A stretch of 64,000 nucleotides of DNA from Naegleria gruberi. Lineage: Eukaryota. This document shows, piece after piece, positions 8,599-17,910 of this stretch. The position numbers were made by a program, and so were the translations under genes. Every line of letters starts with the position of its first letter. Positions within the stretch are counted from its first letter, which is position 1. A model generated the notes under the pieces. The model did no database searches. It was not told the DNA's origin and saw only the letters and a list, made by a program, of their open reading frames with translations. The DNA is taken from the NCBI GenBank assembly GCA_000004985.1, contig GG738911.1. One strand, written 5' to 3'.

Positions 8599-11500
8599 TT
8601 ATCGGTGATTTTTTGGGGCAGTCTTAGTTGGTGATGTTACTTTTCCTAACTGTGTAATTGGTGAGAGTGTTTCTGATAAATCTTCACAACTGACTCGTTT
8701 GATTGGAGCTGATTTAATTCTAGAACGCTCTCTTGCAGGTGATTTTGATTTGGAATGGGAAGTATGAGGAATTGGAGGAATGATTTTCTTAGGAGATTCA
8801 GTCTTTTCAGGCTTTTGATAGGCAAATACTTGGCTGTGATCGAGCTTGGAAAGTTCCTTTTCCATGAGATGAATTTTCTCTTCTTCCTTCCTTGCTCTCA
8901 TGTCGTTCTTTTCTCTTTCTTTTTGGTAGAGAGTTTTCTTAGGTATTTCAATGACTGGGAATAAATCCATATCAGATTGATTTGATGAATTCGTTGCTGT
9001 TGTATTTGAAGAACCAGAGTCAATGAATTTTTGAGTGACAGATTTCCTCTTGGTCTTTTTCTTTTCCTTCTTTGGTGAATTGTCGATTTCTATAGGTTGT
9101 TGAACAGGTTGAGGAACCTCCTTCTTGTAGTCCTCTTCCAACTTCCTTCTCACCTTCTTTTGCTTGCTGCTCGCATCCTTTTTCTTTCTATCTGGACTCT
9201 CCAACTTTTGTGGATCTTGTGGGTCGTACTCAGTTTTCATAGAACTCAGTCCACTAAAACCATCTTCCTCAAAATCATCATCGAAATAGTTGGTTATTTC
9301 TTCATCCTCAAAATCAGAAGAATCACTATGATTACTGTTTTGTTGTTGCTTTTCTGTTACAGGTTTCAAATTGATTTCTCCATTACTGAAGGAACGTGAT
9401 TGCCACATTGAATTCTTTCTTAAAAAGATGGAAATATCCTTCTGACTATTGTATCCCTTCTTTGGTTTTACAACATCCAATGGTTTCTTTTCCTTCATTT
9501 CTTGAGAGAGTTCAGTATGAATTTTTGGCCCACCATGTGGAGGCTCATCAAAACTCTCATCATACTTATGTTCTGGTTCAGGAGGGAAAGGAGAAGCAGA
9601 ACCAGAGGATGGAGTGAATGCATTGATACAATCATCGTCAGATGGACTGCAAACAGCAGGTGAGCTCACTGAATCTGTTCCTTCATCATCACTCTCATCT
9701 GTTTGTAGAATCCATGGATCATTTAATAGATCATCTACTGTTGCTCTCAGATTGGGATCTCTGATAAAGCATTTGTACAAGAACTTTTTACACCCTTCAG
9801 AAACAAACTCTGGGAAGGATGGCATCTCTGTCGATGCAGCAATATGGAACATGACTGCAGCTGCTGTTGTAAATTCAGTGAATGGTGGTTTACCAGTATA
9901 CATTTCAACAACTGTACAACCAATACTCCAAATATCCGCAGATCTACCATGACCAGTTTGCATGATAACTTCTGGAGCCATAAAGTGAGGAGTTCCCAGT
10001 AAACTCTTAAATTCAGTTGAGAGAGTCATGATATCTTGAATTTTCCTTGAAGCACCAAAGTCTGCCAATTTAATGGCTCCTTCCACACTCACTAGAATGT
10101 TTGCACCTTTAATATCACGATGGACAATTCTATTCTCATGCAAATATTTCAAACCTTTAAGAATTTGAGTGGTGTAGTGACGAACAACATCCTCTGACAA
10201 TCTGCCATATCTTCTCAGTAAGGAGGAAACAGAACCACCTGGAACATATTCCAAGAAGATGTTAAGGGTTGTTCCTGTCACTTCTGCTCCATAATATTGT
10301 ACAATATTTTCATGACAAAGTTCCTTCATCAAGTTAATTTCTCTTTGGAGACTTTCTAATTTCAATTCCAAAATGTCCTCAGGTACACTGTCGAAAGTAC
10401 ATTCCTTGATTGCAAAGAATTTACCATCGTCCAAATTATATCCCAAAAATACTTTTCCACTTGCTCCTGAACCAATAAAATCTCCCTTCTTGTAATTCTT
10501 GATTGTTTTTTCCTTCTTTTTAGCTGACTTGGATCCCTTTCTTGTTGAGCTAGAAGCTGTGCTAACTTTTGAGGATGGCTCGCTAGAATTTGATCTTTTG
10601 GAGGAGGCACTACTAACTTGAGAAACGAGAGTAGAACTAGTATCATTATTGGTCGTTGTTGTTGCTGTGGTGACGTTTGTTGAGACTGTCGATACTGCAG
10701 AGGAACCTGTTGATTCTTCAACTGTATTTGTGGCTTGTTTGGGAATTCTTGGACTATTGTGAGATTGGCTCGGATGTTCTTCTTTTCTTTGGATTGGAGG
10801 TAAATGTTTGTTTTGAGAAACATTAACCTTAGGTGTTGTTTCCTTTCCATATTTTGCGTCATTAACTGGCGTGTCATTGACCATGATTGCTGTTGGTGTT
10901 GGTGCTCTGGATATTTTACTCGAGTGTGATGGTGTGTTGACTTTCTTATTCTTGAAATACAAGTGATGAGATGGAGAAGGTTGAGAACTGAATGTATGAA
11001 TTGACATTGGCTGTGGAGTATTCTGCTGACTATTTACATTGGCAGAACCCTTATCGGAAGAAGCTGATGGAAGAAAGAAGACGTTTGAAACTCCAGTCAC
11101 CAATGAATTGTTTAAACTACTATTATTTGATGACGAAGAAAAGTTTGAACTTTGAGAATTGATCGGTGATGGTACTCTAAATGATGCTTGCTGGTTTTTA
11201 GCTGGTGAAGTGTTGAAATCGGTATGTGGTCCAACAAAATTATTAGATTGAGTAAGATCACTCTTATTGATACTAAGATTTTGTGGCCTTTTCTTTGCTA
11301 GATTAGATTGCCTATTGCTGTTGTTTCCTACAGAAAGGTGGTTACTAGAGGAAGCAGCGGCTGGATTTTTGGTAGGTGTTGATGAGAGAGAGTTTTGAGA
11401 GATAACACTGAGGTGTTTGATTGGTGAAGAAGAACCTGTGGAGGTTGGTGTATCTCTTGACTGTGTTGAGTAGCAGTGAAGAGCAACATCAATACATTTG

Positions 11501-11640
11501 ATGGCAGAAGATTGATGAGTAAGGACATGATGAAAATGATGATAATGGTTAAATTTGTGTTCAACATTGTGATAATATTCAATACATTTAAATTTGTGCA
11601 AATATTCAGTGTTGAAGTGTTTGGGTATTAAATAGATCAT
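8599..11640 (-). CDS. STE11/MEKK-like Ser/Thr protein kinase (MAP3K-type catalytic domain) with long S/T/N-rich and acidic flanks; main exon
   Basis: Kinase motifs GSGASGKVFLG, AIKE, HRDIKGANILV, LADFGAS, GTPHFMAPEV and DIWSIGCTVVEM. The N-terminal 60 residues of the track ORF (MIYLIPKHF...HCYSTQ) probably lie inside an intron (see next feature). Confidence 0.85.
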   Translation of the reverse strand: MIYLIPKHFNTEYLHKFKCIEYYHNVEHKFNHYHHFHHVLTHQSSAIKCIDVALHCYSTQSRDTPTSTGSSSPIKHLSVISQNSLSSTPTKNPAAASSSNHLSVGNNSNRQSNLAKKRPQNLSINKSDLTQSNNFVGPHTDFNTSPAKNQQASFRVPSPINSQSSNFSSSSNNSSLNNSLVTGVSNVFFLPSASSDKGSANVNSQQNTPQPMSIHTFSSQPSPSHHLYFKNKKVNTPSHSSKISRAPTPTAIMVNDTPVNDAKYGKETTPKVNVSQNKHLPPIQRKEEHPSQSHNSPRIPKQATNTVEESTGSSAVSTVSTNVTTATTTTNNDTSSTLVSQVSSASSKRSNSSEPSSKVSTASSSTRKGSKSAKKKEKTIKNYKKGDFIGSGASGKVFLGYNLDDGKFFAIKECTFDSVPEDILELKLESLQREINLMKELCHENIVQYYGAEVTGTTLNIFLEYVPGGSVSSLLRRYGRLSEDVVRHYTTQILKGLKYLHENRIVHRDIKGANILVSVEGAIKLADFGASRKIQDIMTLSTEFKSLLGTPHFMAPEVIMQTGHGRSADIWSIGCTVVEMYTGKPPFTEFTTAAAVMFHIAASTEMPSFPEFVSEGCKKFLYKCFIRDPNLRATVDDLLNDPWILQTDESDDEGTDSVSSPAVCSPSDDDCINAFTPSSGSASPFPPEPEHKYDESFDEPPHGGPKIHTELSQEMKEKKPLDVVKPKKGYNSQKDISIFLRKNSMWQSRSFSNGEINLKPVTEKQQQNSNHSDSSDFEDEEITNYFDDDFEEDGFSGLSSMKTEYDPQDPQKLESPDRKKKDASSKQKKVRRKLEEDYKKEVPQPVQQPIEIDNSPKKEKKKTKRKSVTQKFIDSGSSNTTATNSSNQSDMDLFPVIEIPKKTLYQKEREKNDMRARKEEEKIHLMEKELSKLDHSQVFAYQKPEKTESPKKIIPPIPHTSHSKSKSPARERSRIKSAPIKRVSCEDLSETLSPITQLGKVTSPTKTAPKNHR

Positions 11641-11786
11641 TATTAAGGGTATTAAAAGTAACGAAAATTAATCAGTTAATTTGGTCCATTCATAATTTGA
11701 ATCATAATATTATCAATTATAATTAATATTATTATTAATGATGAATATAATAATAATTAAATATTGTTATATTTCAAAAAACAAAC

Positions 11787-12732
11787 CTGTTCCAAAGAAT
11801 CAATACTTTCCATAATTTCATCACCCTCATAATCAGTCATGGGTGAACGTCCTACTTTATGTGGTGTTAATCCCTGCTCATCAGGCGTTAAATAGCCATT
11901 TGCATTATAATTATCCAAATCTTCAATATCTTCCTCAATATCAGTCGTTCCGGTACAACTCGTATCGACAGAATACCTCATATCATCATTACTAAACGAA
12001 CCTTTCGACTTCATGCCGCCTCCTGGTATAATAACTTTCAGATTTTGTTGTTGTTGTTGTTGTTGAGGTGTTTGCAAATAGCTGGCGAGAGAGAGGCTTG
12101 ATGGAACTTGTTGCTGCTTAATAAAAACTCCCCCAAAGTTTTGATTATTTTTTAGGGTAGAAGAAAAATTTTGTTGATTTCCCGCCAAAGAAGATGATGA
12201 TGAAGAAGACTGTGAGGAACAACTGCTTGGAGTTTGTAGGTGGATATTCGGAGGAGGATTTGAGTAATAGTTATTATTGTTATTGCTGTTATTATTATAA
12301 TTAGAGTTATTGTTGCTGTTGTTATTGAGGGAAGCTAAGGAAACGAGACTTCCTAATTGTTGCTGTTGTTGAATGTAATAATTATTTGATGATGATGATG
12401 ATGAATTTATATTATTATTATTATTATTATTATTCATATTATTATTTGAAAATATTATTAGTGAGGTTGATAGTGGCTGGAGGAGTAATAAGCAATGGCA
12501 AATTATTGCCATTATTATAATTATTATTATTATAATTATTAGTGTTTCCTCCTCCGAACATCATATTGTTTGTATTATTGGAAAGGTTTGAATAATTATT
12601 GTTGGGATTTCGTTCGCCAACGAGAATTATATTATTGGTGGCATTGGTCGTGCTGGTCATGTAATTGTTGTTATTGGTTTGTATGGGAGTGAGTCTCTTT
12701 TTAAAGAGTTGAGCTCGATTGTTATTGTTCAT
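11787..12732 (-). CDS. probable 5' exon(s) of the kinase gene: poly-N / poly-Q low-complexity N-terminus
   Basis: ATG at 12732 (MNNNNRAQLFKK...). Track ORFs 12442..12732 and 11757..12512 overlap in different frames inside an ATTTTCAAATAATAAT homopolymer context near 12440-12450, suggesting a 1-nt indel. The downstream ORF ends ...SIDSLEQ immediately before GTTTGT. The next 326 nt on this strand (11786 down to 11461) contain no AG dinucleotide until CACAG|TCAAGAGAT, which is in phase with the kinase ORF. Confidence 0.35.
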
Positions 12733-13062
12733 TTCTTCTAGTTTCGACGAAAGTATTCGAAAGATGAAGATGTGTAAGTGCGTTAAAGGTGTAGTACTTC
12801 AAGAATATATTAATGGGAGATGAAGGGTGTGAGCATGTTGCAATTTTTTTTAAAGTTGTAAATGACATTTGGCGGGCTGCTTGATTTTTATTCGAAAGTT
12901 TGTGAGAATTTGTCAACCCTTGTATTTGCTAGATCTTGATTCTAAAAACATAGTAATGGTTACTTAAGAAGAAGTAGCCGATACTTTCCCTACTAAGGTT
13001 GGAGATATTCAAAGTTTCATCTACATTCTTGCATCTCAATTATGCTCATTATTCAACATTTC

Positions 13063-14205
13063 TCAATATTCATCTGCATATTCTGTCTCATCAAATAAAT
13101 TTCCTTCACTTTCAACAGTGAATTTTCCCAATTCATGAATTGCCTGGACCATATCATACGAAATATTATTTCCTCTAATAGAAAGAACTTTCAAATTTTC
13201 CAATCCACAAAGGTCTTCAGCACCATCATCTCCAATTTCATTACTATCCATATAGAGGTGAGTTAATTGTTTCATTTGGCTAATGTGTTTGGCACCATCT
13301 GCATGTAAATAATTCACACAAAGGTTGAGACATGTGACTTTTTCCAATTGACTTATTGATTTTGCTCCTTCTTCTCTAATATTATTACTGCAACAATAGA
13401 GACATGTTAAATTGGTCAATTGGCTAATTGACTTGGCTCCTTCATTTCCAAAATCGCAACCACCAATATCAAGTTCAGTTAATTGACTCAATCCACTTAT
13501 ATTCTCGATTCCTTCATTTCCAATCCTGTTGGAACCTACATTAAGAATTATCAATTGTTTCATTTCTTTAAATGGAATCATTCCATTAGATGTGATTTGA
13601 TTATACGAAATATTGAGGTTGGTTAATTGTTTCAACTGACATATAATTTTGGCTCCTTCATCTCCTATATTATTAAGACTGATATCAAGGTGGGTTAGTC
13701 TTGTCATGTTGCTAATAGAATGAGCTCCCTCTACACCAACACTGTTATTTTTAATATTGAGACTGGTCAACTGTTTCATTGTACTAATAGATTTGGCACC
13801 AGTTGGACCAATTTCATTATTTTCAACTCCTAATGAAGTTAATTGTTTAAATTGACTTATTTTATGAGCACTTTCATCACCGAGTTGGTTACATTCAAGA
13901 GAAAGTTCAGTCAACTGGCTCATCATTTCAAGAATGGAAAACCACCTTTCATCATTCACAATACAATATCCGAAATTAACCTTTCGGAAATTATTTAAAA
14001 ATTCAGATTGGATCATTACATTCAACCTTTCCGAATCGAGTTTACTTTTAATTTCAATATCAAGTTTCGAATGGTTTTTAATAACATTTAAAAATTGTTT
14101 GGAAATTAACGATCAATTCAAGATAATAAATTTCCAATCTTGTTGATTATCCACAAAGGACAAGATTTCCCAACAAATGTCATCGGGAATTGTGGACCCC
14201 ATCAT
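13063..14205 (-). CDS. F-box / leucine-rich-repeat protein (RI-type LRRs) interrupted by one in-frame TGA at 14113..14115
   Basis: About 11 tandem ~28-residue LRRs (L..L.L..N.IGDEGAK.IS.LKQLT.L). Upstream in the same frame, an ATG at 14205 gives MMGSTIPDDICWEILSFVDNQQDWKFIILN, an F-box-like LP..I..IL motif, then TGA, then the frame continues into the LRR ORF. First ATG downstream of the stop is at 14016. Confidence 0.6.
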
Positions 14206-14270
14206 ATGATTTCAAATTTGTTATTTTTTTAAAAATAATAAATTCAAAAGTTCCCAAAGTTTAAAAGGAA

Positions 14271-14343
14271 TGCTGACGGACGGGATCGAACCGGCGACCA
14301 ATGGCTTATTAGACCAACGCTCTACCGACTGAGCTACGCCAGC
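14271..14343 (-). tRNA. tRNA-Ile (anticodon AAU)
   Basis: Reverse complement GCTGGCGTAGCTCAGTCGGTAGAGCGTTGGTCTAATAAGCCATTGGTCGCCGGTTCGATCCCGTCCGTCAGCA. Acceptor stem GCTGGCG/CGTCAGC has seven pairs. D arm GCTC..GAGC. Anticodon loop CTAATAA. T arm GGTTCGATCC. 73 nt, no intron. Lies 66 bp upstream of the F-box/LRR ATG. Confidence 0.85.
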
Positions 14344-14394
14344 TTCACATGGATATAAAGAAAAACATTAAGAATACACACACAACGTATATCT

Positions 14395-16092
14395 TTAGAT
14401 TTTTATAAGGCAATGCTCACTACATAATTCAGATAAAGTAATTAAATCAATCTTTTTGAAATCCATATTATCAAAAGTAATTGTTGAATTTTGGAAATGT
14501 TTCATTAAAGCTTCATATGTTATAGTTCTTCGATTAATAATGATTTGATAATGTTCCAATAGAATAGATTGATCAATTTCTCTCGTTTCTGGATTGATAA
14601 TTCTTTTCAATAATAATTCTTCATAAATCATTTCAAAGTTAATCAAATATTCGTATCTATCATTCACTTTGATATGCTCTGCAACTCTCAATTTAGAAAT
14701 AAACTCTGAGAGGTTAAAACTCTTAATTATATATTCATCTTTTGATTCGTTTTGATAGCGTAAATAAATTGAAAAATCATCATTTGAAATTTCTGATTTC
14801 TTGACAACCAGACAGTTTGAAAACTTGCCTTGATCTGAACCTCCAATCAAGAATGCCCCATTTTCTTCCATCCATGTAATATCAAGTGAACAGTCACATC
14901 CAAAAGAAAAGTATTTTGCAATGTTTTCATCAATATACCAAAATTTTGAATTTTCAAACTTAACACTCAATAGATATTGTAAACATTCTGGAATAACATA
15001 TTCGTTATCATTTTGAACCTTTGGAATGAAAGATGGTAATTTGCCTCCCAATTTCTCAAGTGCAAGACAAATCTCCTTGTTGAGTGGTCTTTCAATGATA
15101 TTTTCCTCAATGTCGTTGTGAAATGTTGTTAAATTAAATGTATTATGATAATATTGTTGAAATACATTAGTTGAGTTATCAAAATATGAAATACCACTAT
15201 ATCCAAGGCCATCTTTAAATTTAAACAATAAATCATTTGTTTTCTTATCATAAACAAATACTTCTCCAAATGTTGTTGAACAAATAAAGTAGTTTCGATA
15301 GGACAGAAAGAAACCAACTTGGTCCTCAACCCAGATACTAGACCTTGTGTCATTTTTTTCATCAATAATTACAACAATATGCTCTGAAGTATAAGTACAG
15401 TTCTCATCAATAATGGACACATAAACATGGTCCTCTTTTTCATTATAGGTAATGAACGATAACAAAGGTGAGTGGTAGAAGCTATATTCTCTTAGAATTG
15501 TCCTTTTGGTTGATCCATCATTCATATCCAAAATACTAACTTTCAAGTCAGTAGAGTTACACCAAGCAGTGTACAATTCATTCTTAGATTCACAAATTGT
15601 AAAACAACAACTATTATACCCAGACAATGAAACAGTCCACACTAATGATAAATCATCGAGTCTCTTTTTCCTCAATTCCTCATCACTAAATTCATACAAA
15701 TGCTCTCCAACACTGTCCACTTCAAAATAGTTATTACTATTTAGTTTAATTTTTCGAATCAAACTCGAACTCTTCATATCATAAATACGAATATGTTTTT
15801 CACCTCTACAATAAAGAAGAAGCCACTCTTTATGTGGACACACTCTTACTCGCTCCAAAGATTGATAGGGAGATAAATCTGGTACAGTAAACTCCGTAAG
15901 ACAAGTCCTTGTTTGAGAAATTAATTTAATTTTGTTTCCTCCTAGTTGTTTCTTCAACATTAAACTTTCCAACCTATCATCAAATATTATTTTTACATTT
16001 TCGTCATTGTGATGATTATTTTCTTCCTTCACAATGCTGCCAAAGCAGACATCATCATGGGGAATCTTTTTCTTCTTGCGAAGTGGTTCCAT
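14395..16092 (-). CDS. family X paralogue
   Basis: MEPLRKKKKIP start (first ATG at 16092; the track start at 16155 is upstream). Shares VKIIFDD..ESLMLKKQLGGNKIKL, FEVDSVGEHLY, LDMNDGSTKRTI, ERPLNKEICLALEKLGGKLPSFIPKVQ, IPECLQYLLSVKFENSKFWYI, DFSIYLRY, EFISKLRVAEH and YLINFEMIYEELL with the other members. Confidence 0.6.
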   Translation of the reverse strand: MEPLRKKKKIPHDDVCFGSIVKEENNHHNDENVKIIFDDRLESLMLKKQLGGNKIKLISQTRTCLTEFTVPDLSPYQSLERVRVCPHKEWLLLYCRGEKHIRIYDMKSSSLIRKIKLNSNNYFEVDSVGEHLYEFSDEELRKKRLDDLSLVWTVSLSGYNSCCFTICESKNELYTAWCNSTDLKVSILDMNDGSTKRTILREYSFYHSPLLSFITYNEKEDHVYVSIIDENCTYTSEHIVVIIDEKNDTRSSIWVEDQVGFFLSYRNYFICSTTFGEVFVYDKKTNDLLFKFKDGLGYSGISYFDNSTNVFQQYYHNTFNLTTFHNDIEENIIERPLNKEICLALEKLGGKLPSFIPKVQNDNEYVIPECLQYLLSVKFENSKFWYIDENIAKYFSFGCDCSLDITWMEENGAFLIGGSDQGKFSNCLVVKKSEISNDDFSIYLRYQNESKDEYIIKSFNLSEFISKLRVAEHIKVNDRYEYLINFEMIYEELLLKRIINPETREIDQSILLEHYQIIINRRTITYEALMKHFQNSTITFDNMDFKKIDLITLSELCSEHCLIKI

Positions 16093-16178
16093 TTTTTTTG
16101 GTTGTTGTTGCAGTTTAAAATTGAAAAGCGCGGGAATATTCAATATGAGGAACAATTTTTAAAAAAAAAATAAAAAAA

Positions 16179-17867
16179 ATGGAATCACCACTGAAGAAAA
16201 CCAAATTCAATCACCAGAAGTCTTGTGTTGTTCATCATGGGGAGGAGGAAGAGGCTGATCATCATACAATCATTTTATCGGATCATCTTTCGAATAATTT
16301 TTTAAAGCAACAATTAAGAGGAAAGACAATACGAAACTTTCAATTCCATATTTACTCTGAAAATAATGATTTGATGAATCCACAGTTTGATGAATTTGGG
16401 AGGGAAAATATATTTAGTGCTACGAGATGTGCGGAATTGGATTTATCATTTGTTGCTTTTCGAAATTTTAAAACTAATTCGATTGCAATATTCGAAAGGA
16501 ATCAATTATTGAAGATAATTAAAATGAATGATGATTTTGAATCATTTCAAGTGGATAGTACGGGAGAATTTGCTTTCTTATTGAATTCAAAAAGTGAATT
16601 GATTAAGGTGAAACTAGACGAATCTGCAAAATCTATTTGGAAAGTAAATGGTGTTTTACAATTTTGTTTGTGTAATTCAAAGAGTGAAATATACACAGTA
16701 AGCAAGTACGATAACAAAAATGTGACAGTAAGAATTTGGGAAGATTCTAATGGAATACTGAAGCGTGAATTAGTAATTAAAGATTGCAAAAAGTTGTCTG
16801 ATTTTGATTTGATAAATATGAAACGAGATGATAAGAAACGTTTACTATTTCTATTCAGAAATGATCTGAGAACAAGGTTAAACAGTAAGATCGTTTTGTA
16901 TGATGAGATAAGAAATCAGTCAATTAAGATGAAAATGACTGAAATATCTATGGTAGATTTCACAAAAGAAGGCTACTTGCTTTTTTATTCAGGCGTAGAT
17001 CTAGCATATATTTATGATGATAAGAGTGGACTTGTACTTTTGGAAATGTTATTGCCCTGTAGTTTCAATTCAGTTTCCTATTTTGAAACAATTTCGAATA
17101 CTCTCTGCCGCTTTGGTATTTGTCCAGTAGAAAAGGATAGGATTGAAATTTTATCAAATGTTGTTAACATGCCACTTAAAGAAGAAACATGCCAATCTTT
17201 ACAGAGGCTAGGATGCCAACTACCAATAAGCATTCAAGTCGATTTTGAATGGCTTGGCTTTTTCATTCCTGATTATTTACAAATGTTACTAACAACCAAC
17301 TATGGAAATATGCAATTTTGGTATCAAGATGATGAGCTAGCTGCACGATTCAAATTTATCACTACTCCACATTCTCTCAATTTTGAAGATCATGTCGTTA
17401 TAAGTGATTCAGATGATAACTTGACTGTGTCTGTAAAGAAATCAGACCTTTCAATTCATAATAATTTCAGTGGTGATTTTCCCATTTACTTGTCTTTTAT
17501 TGATTCTAAAAAGGGAATTTCGATCAAGAGTTTTACATTATCAGAATTTATTCCAAAATTGCTAATTGTAGAATGTGGTAAAAAAGTATTATCATTTACT
17601 ATTTGCTTTGCAAAGATATTTGAAGAATTATTAGAGATTGGAATAATCGATTCGAAAAGAAACATTAATCCTACCACTCTATTAGAAAGATATCAAGAAA
17701 TAATTTGTAGTTCCATGCAGGAAAATATGAATATTAATTTATTGGGAGAATACTTTGGACATTCAACTATTCGTCTTGACGAAAGAATATACAAAAAGAT
17801 GGATCTGATTGTATTGGCCAAATATTGTCCAAAGTATTTAAAATTATTTGGACAAATCATTTTTTGA
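16179..17867 (+). CDS. family X paralogue, head-to-head with 14395..16092
   Basis: MESPLKKTKF start at ATG 16179, only about 86 bp from the divergent paralogue's ATG. Conserved PLKEETCQSLQRLGCQLP, YLQMLLTTNYGNMQFWYQDDE, FPIYLSF and SEFIPKLLIVE blocks; more diverged than the others. Confidence 0.6.
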   Translation: MESPLKKTKFNHQKSCVVHHGEEEEADHHTIILSDHLSNNFLKQQLRGKTIRNFQFHIYSENNDLMNPQFDEFGRENIFSATRCAELDLSFVAFRNFKTNSIAIFERNQLLKIIKMNDDFESFQVDSTGEFAFLLNSKSELIKVKLDESAKSIWKVNGVLQFCLCNSKSEIYTVSKYDNKNVTVRIWEDSNGILKRELVIKDCKKLSDFDLINMKRDDKKRLLFLFRNDLRTRLNSKIVLYDEIRNQSIKMKMTEISMVDFTKEGYLLFYSGVDLAYIYDDKSGLVLLEMLLPCSFNSVSYFETISNTLCRFGICPVEKDRIEILSNVVNMPLKEETCQSLQRLGCQLPISIQVDFEWLGFFIPDYLQMLLTTNYGNMQFWYQDDELAARFKFITTPHSLNFEDHVVISDSDDNLTVSVKKSDLSIHNNFSGDFPIYLSFIDSKKGISIKSFTLSEFIPKLLIVECGKKVLSFTICFAKIFEELLEIGIIDSKRNINPTTLLERYQEIICSSMQENMNINLLGEYFGHSTIRLDERIYKKMDLIVLAKYCPKYLKLFGQIIF

Positions 17868-17910
17868 AAGAGTACATCAAAATTATTTATTTCCTTAATT
17901 TCCTAAAAAA

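Noticed and set aside
16093-16178. Track start at 16155 for the minus-strand family X gene (MFLILNIPALF...)
   Set aside because: That start codon is not ATG; the track also labels TTG/GTG codons as M. The conserved family start MEPLRKKKK at the ATG at 16092 is preferred.
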